A stretch of 52,184 bases of DNA from positions 1-52,184 of the forward strand of contig JACDCB010000019.1 of assembly GCA_013694585.1 (NCBI GenBank), in the 5' to 3' direction. This DNA comes from Nitrosopumilus sp. Its GTDB lineage: Archaea; Thermoproteota; Nitrososphaeria; Nitrososphaerales; Nitrososphaeraceae. Positions 47,702 to 52,184 of the stretch are shown in pieces (position 1 is the first letter of the stretch; each line of letters opens with the position of its first letter). Under the pieces are notes generated by a model. It did not search any database, had not been told where the DNA came from, and was given only the letters and a program-made list of their open reading frames with translations. Both the position numbers and the translations under genes were made by a program.

Positions 47702-48772
47702 TTGATGACCATCATCGTGTACCTTTTAAAAAAAATTTCAATTTTGATATCAGTTTTAATTATCACACTATTGGTTACAATATTCCTTTTAGGCTCGACC
47801 ATTGACAAAATAATGGTAGACAATATCCGAATGCAGGTAACTAACTCTCTATCCAACTCTATATCTGAAAACCAAAGACTAGGTCAGCTACAAGACCCAC
47901 AGGAAAGGCAGTCGATCATCAATAAACAAATTAGTATCCAAATTAAAAGTCTGGGGCTAGACGAACCTTGGTATTCTCCAAAAAAAATAATCAATAGTCT
48001 CCTTCAAATCATTACATTAAACCTGGGTAATTCTAGATTTTTTACCACCCATGATGGCTCAAGCAGCGTGAATGAATTAATAATTGAAAAAGTACCAAAT
48101 ACAATTTTGTTGTTTACTTCCTCGTCAATAACTGTAGTAGCCATAGGAATAGTAATAGGATCATATTTAGCAAAGAGGGAAGGAAAAATTTCCGATCAAT
48201 TGATAGCTGGTCTTGCCTCTGCTAGTCAGAGTATACCTCCATGGTGGTTTTCAATGATAATGATAGTTTTGTTTTCGTTCCTGCTTCAAATTTTTCCTGC
48301 TAGATCTACCCCTTTAATTTCTCCAGATACTCCAGGATACTTTATTGATTTATTATATCATATGACTTTGCCTTTTATTACAATGGTTATCATAGGTTTT
48401 GCATCATCGGTTTATTACGTCAAATATATTGTTTTGAGGATAATTGATGAAGATTATATAAAAACTCTAGGAATTATTGGATTGCCTTCTAGAAAAATTT
48501 TACTCAAACACGCACTGAAGAACGCTGGACCTCAATTGACGACAATGCTAGGATTAGGTCTTACTGCAACTTTGGGAGGGTCTATACTGATAGAAGAAAT
48601 ATTTGATTGGCCTGGCATGGGAAACCTGTTTTACAATGCAGTTATTCAGAATGATTCTCCTTTAATTATAGGCCTGGTATACTTCTTTACACTGCTTTAT
48701 TTATTGACAAGATTGGTACTGGACCTTACACTGTCAATTTTGGATCCCCGAATTAGAACTGGAGACGAATGA
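47702..48772 (+). CDS. ABC permease (DppB/OppB-like)
   Basis: LGLDEP, PNTILL, HALKNA, EEIFDWPGMG, LDPRIR. Confidence 0.9.
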   Translation: MMTIIVYLLKKISILISVLIITLLVTIFLLGSTIDKIMVDNIRMQVTNSLSNSISENQRLGQLQDPQERQSIINKQISIQIKSLGLDEPWYSPKKIINSLLQIITLNLGNSRFFTTHDGSSSVNELIIEKVPNTILLFTSSSITVVAIGIVIGSYLAKREGKISDQLIAGLASASQSIPPWWFSMIMIVLFSFLLQIFPARSTPLISPDTPGYFIDLLYHMTLPFITMVIIGFASSVYYVKYIVLRIIDEDYIKTLGIIGLPSRKILLKHALKNAGPQLTTMLGLGLTATLGGSILIEEIFDWPGMGNLFYNAVIQNDSPLIIGLVYFFTLLYLLTRLVLDLTLSILDPRIRTGDE

Positions 48773-48796
48773 GCTAATGGACGTGGTTTATTTATT

Positions 48797-50215
48797 TTGA
48801 CGAATAAAATGAAACTTCGTCTAAAGAACTACAAGGGCGGTGTCTTGGGCTTTGTATTGTTTTTGTTCTTGATCGGGATCACTATCTATACTGTTTTTTA
48901 TATTCCAGCAAAGGAACGGTCGGAATGGAATAATCCCTTCTATTGGATCGACTATCCCAAAAATGCGGCCCCTGCTTGGGTTAATTATTTCTTGATGCCA
49001 TTTGACCAGCAGTTACCTGAACATAAGATATATTCCAGGGAAGAAGCAGTAATTTCATCTTATTCTGAAACCGACTTTAAGGTGAGTAACCTTACATTTT
49101 TATACGAATATGTATATGGGCAATTTCCATCTGCTTTTAGCATACCATTTTCATTGGAGATTGGTGAAATTCCTCCAGCAGTAGAAATTTCGGTTAAAAG
49201 GCCAGATGGTTTGACATTTGATCTATACTATAATTCATTAGATTCTATACCAAGCATTCAAAACGAGGTTGGGGCTCAATTATCTAATGGCGGTAGCCAA
49301 CCCTACGAACAATCTCAAAGACTTTTTTCATCATCTAAAGAGGTAATTGATACTTTAATGAAATATGCAAATTTGTTTAACTTTTCTTTAAGGGATTTGC
49401 CTGCCGAAAAAATTATCTTTTCTGAAACTGATTCAAATATACCTCTCAAAGGAACATATCAGTTTGTATTTACTACTTATTCTTTTGATAATGACACCAT
49501 TCTAAAAGATATAAATCTCATAATAGAAGGCAAAGTGTTTGGATTGTTAGGAACAGATGAATTTAGGCGAGATATATCCTTTGGGATCATGATTGGAACT
49601 CCAGTAGCACTCCTAATCGGGATCGCAGTAGCTTCATCCTCAACCACTATTGGTCTTTTCTATGGATTGATTGCTGGATATAAAGGGGGAAAAACAGGAA
49701 CGCTTATGGTAATAATGATTGATATTTTTCTTTCGATTCCAACGATGGTATTATTTATCATATTATCACTTAATTTTGGAAGGAGTTTATTATTCTTAAT
49801 TGGACTTTTTGTTTTATTTGGATGGCCAGGATTGGCATTGATAAATCGAACATTTAGTGTTCAAATTAAGAATTATCCTTACGTTGAAGCTTCTAAATTG
49901 ATGGGTGAATCTGATTTTAAAGTTGTATTGAGGCATATTATCCCTCAGTTAATCCCCTTTACCCTTGCCAATTTTGCACTTTCGGTGCCAGCAGCAATAT
50001 TGGCTGAATCAGCCTTGAGTTTTTTGGGATTTGGAGATCCATCTTTTCCAACATGGGGTCAAATGTTGCAGGATGCTCACTTCTCATCCGCTGAAATTTT
50101 AGGATATTGGTGGTGGATATTACCGCCTGGACTAATGATTTCGATTACTAGCATGGCGTTTATTCTAATAGGAAGATCTTTAGAGTACAGGGCTAAACTG
50201 AGCAAAAAACAATAA
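48797..50215 (+). CDS. ABC permease (DppC/OppC-like) with large extracytoplasmic loop
   Basis: LGTDEFRRD, YVEAS, RHIIP, LSFLGFG, TWGQML, WWWILPPG. Confidence 0.9.
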   Translation: MTNKMKLRLKNYKGGVLGFVLFLFLIGITIYTVFYIPAKERSEWNNPFYWIDYPKNAAPAWVNYFLMPFDQQLPEHKIYSREEAVISSYSETDFKVSNLTFLYEYVYGQFPSAFSIPFSLEIGEIPPAVEISVKRPDGLTFDLYYNSLDSIPSIQNEVGAQLSNGGSQPYEQSQRLFSSSKEVIDTLMKYANLFNFSLRDLPAEKIIFSETDSNIPLKGTYQFVFTTYSFDNDTILKDINLIIEGKVFGLLGTDEFRRDISFGIMIGTPVALLIGIAVASSSTTIGLFYGLIAGYKGGKTGTLMVIMIDIFLSIPTMVLFIILSLNFGRSLLFLIGLFVLFGWPGLALINRTFSVQIKNYPYVEASKLMGESDFKVVLRHIIPQLIPFTLANFALSVPAAILAESALSFLGFGDPSFPTWGQMLQDAHFSSAEILGYWWWILPPGLMISITSMAFILIGRSLEYRAKLSKKQ

Positions 50216-50223
50216 TTGCCATT

Positions 50224-50661
50224 TTAAATCCTCCTTTCGAGTGGTACTTCCCTACCTTGGCTATCGTACGCATGGATATCCTCCTCATCATAGGGATGAC
50301 ATATAATAATAGAGATTAAACCGTAGAAATGATTTAGATCCTCAAGGGAAGGTTGACTTGAACCACTAGGATGGGAATGAGCTGTCCCAAGATACTTCAA
50401 GTCAAATGGTAATTCGTTTATTGGAAACCCGGAATAGAAGGGACCATGTACGGAGAAAGGAGGGATAACTAAATTGTTTATGAATATCTCCGTTTTTTTT
50501 CTTTCACCCTCTAAGATTAGTATTCCCTCATAGGGATGATGCATTTTAGCATAAGAAATTAATCCGTTAATTACATTATGGGTAATTGCTACAATTTTTT
50601 TTTTGCTTTTATTTCCGTCCGGATCTTTATTTTTTTTACCCCTCAGAAACCCAAAATCCAT
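50224..50661 (-). CDS. JAB/MPN+ (JAMM) metalloprotease
   Basis: HPYE...AHSHPSG...PS.ED intact JAMM motif. Confidence 0.9.
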   Translation of the reverse strand: MDFGFLRGKKNKDPDGNKSKKKIVAITHNVINGLISYAKMHHPYEGILILEGERKKTEIFINNLVIPPFSVHGPFYSGFPINELPFDLKYLGTAHSHPSGSSQPSLEDLNHFYGLISIIICHPYDEEDIHAYDSQGREVPLERRI

Positions 50662-50847
50662 ATTAGATTTTAGAACTTACTAAGATAAAAAATAATATTT
50701 GGATTCATTTAAAAATCGTAACTACATAATTTTTATATTAAAAAAATTACCTGAATTCTTATGTTATATTTAACTTGTTGATAAAATAACAAACTTTTAA
50801 TATTTTTGGAAAGCATTATTTTTAGTTTGATTTATCAGATTTCCATT

Positions 50848-52184
50848 ATGCTTATTTTTACTACCTTTGTATTTCTTGGTGGGCTTTTATCCGGTGCAAG
50901 TGCGCAAATTCTCCCACAAAACAGTAATCAAAATTCAGATTCCACCTCTATTACTGCTCCTTCATCTACTCCTTCTTTGGTTAAGAATCCTTACGGGATC
51001 AGAATTACAGATCCCACTAATGGTGCTCAGGTCTTTATCAATGGTACCGATTATTTTGACAGTACAGGAAAAAGACTTTCCGTTGAAGGTTTTTCTGTAT
51101 CAAACAACGGTAATTTGACTAATTGCGATGTGTCGATAGTGACTAACAGCATTTTTCCCTATCAAAATGTAAATGGGACTGGTCCACTAGGTGTAAAGGA
51201 CTTTTCCAAATGGAACTATAAATTCAATTCCGACTACGCAAACTTACATGAAGGCTCAAATAAGATCACTTCAAAATTAGCTTGTGAAGGGGGTACTGCA
51301 AAGGCATATTATAGTGTTAATGTAACTGGAACAAAATTTAATGGGACATTTCCTGCATCCTCCACAAATTTGGCTTTAGCTAACGAAGGTATTACAGGTA
51401 ATAGTTTACCTCCAAGCTCAAATATTGCCGGTAATTTTAAAGGTAATTTAAGTTCAAGCGATATCAACTCGTCTAGTGAAGATTTAGCACTTCCTGTGAC
51501 TGGGATCGAAATCGCATCTCCTTCCAATGGTGAAACAATTGATATTGATAAGCCTATAAATATTAACGGTAGTTCGGAATATCCAACTAATTATGATTGT
51601 GAAGTACTTGTAGCTGATGGTAATACTGCAGGCGTGATAGCACCAACTAGCGCTAACCATTCTAATTTTAAGAAAACAAAACCTGGAGGCATTAACGGCA
51701 CGAGTGATTTTAGAAGTTGGAGTATGGTACTTGAACCTGGATTTAATAACCTAAAGAATGGCTCACAGTCATTAACTGCAAAATTGCAATGCTATTCTCC
51801 GCTATCTTCCGTGAAATTTGCCAAAGTAAATATTGTTACAAATACTTCTAAACCGTTAGAACTCAAAGCAATGGATGTCAGTATCGACAAAACTGGGCAA
51901 GGTACAAACCAAAAAATCATCATAGGTGTAAATGACGCTTCTACAAATGATCCTTTGGTAGGTAGTGCTATTACTGGTTCAATTAACAATAATCCGTTTT
52001 CGGGGACTTCCGATTCACTTGGGAAATACCGCGTAACTATACCATCTAGTGTTATAGATTCTGGTGCAACCATTAACGTATCAGTTTCGGCTTCTGCTGA
52101 TGGTTATAAGATTAAAAAGACGAGTACTACTTTTGAAGGATCACCTGCGATAACTGATGAAACAACTCCACCCACATCTGATAC
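50848..52184 (+). CDS. Large secreted/surface protein with repeated Ig-like domains, partial (runs off the window)
   Basis: Frame from ATG 50848 (MLIFTTFVFLGGLLSGASAQ signal peptide) appears to stay open to the edge; two related Cys-containing units. Confidence 0.85.
   Translation, partial: MLIFTTFVFLGGLLSGASAQILPQNSNQNSDSTSITAPSSTPSLVKNPYGIRITDPTNGAQVFINGTDYFDSTGKRLSVEGFSVSNNGNLTNCDVSIVTNSIFPYQNVNGTGPLGVKDFSKWNYKFNSDYANLHEGSNKITSKLACEGGTAKAYYSVNVTGTKFNGTFPASSTNLALANEGITGNSLPPSSNIAGNFKGNLSSSDINSSSEDLALPVTGIEIASPSNGETIDIDKPININGSSEYPTNYDCEVLVADGNTAGVIAPTSANHSNFKKTKPGGINGTSDFRSWSMVLEPGFNNLKNGSQSLTAKLQCYSPLSSVKFAKVNIVTNTSKPLELKAMDVSIDKTGQGTNQKIIIGVNDASTNDPLVGSAITGSINNNPFSGTSDSLGKYRVTIPSSVIDSGATINVSVSASADGYKIKKTSTTFEGSPAITDETTPPTSD

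Noticed and set aside
50224-50661. JAB protein as part of a CBASS or ubiquitin-like defence system
   Set aside because: No cyclase, E1, E2 or Ubl neighbours; looks like the housekeeping archaeal JAMM
50867-52073. Three short ORFs (50867+, 51309-, 51792-)
   Set aside because: Alternative-frame or antisense shadows of the long partial CDS from 50848

Overview
An AT-rich archaeal chromosomal window. Gene content points to an ammonia-oxidising archaeon of the Nitrososphaeraceae, most like Ca. Nitrosocosmicus: two TFBs, archaeal DnaG, L40e, FBP aldolase/phosphatase, a LysW-type lys/arg cluster, a GDGT ring synthase-like radical SAM enzyme and intron-containing tRNAs. It is mostly core genome, with about 50 CDS and no CRISPR array, rRNA or recognisable mobile element. 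Features missed by the ORF track: three tRNAs (Tyr with two introns, Leu with one, Val), a box C/D guide sRNA, Sec61-beta and a partial secreted repeat protein at the right edge. The best candidates for new biology are: (1) a probable operon of an anticodon-domain-less, active-site-altered CysRS paralog, a GNAT and a HemB, which resembles the MshC/MshD logic; (2) a dual-guide C/D sRNA whose guides predict Cm34 of elongator tRNA-Met and a C next to the 23S peptidyl-transferase loop; (3) a LysW carrier ending in EDWGQ instead of the catalytic EDWGE; (4) tRNA genes with C at positions where U is expected. All family assignments come from motif recognition by eye; no database searches were run.
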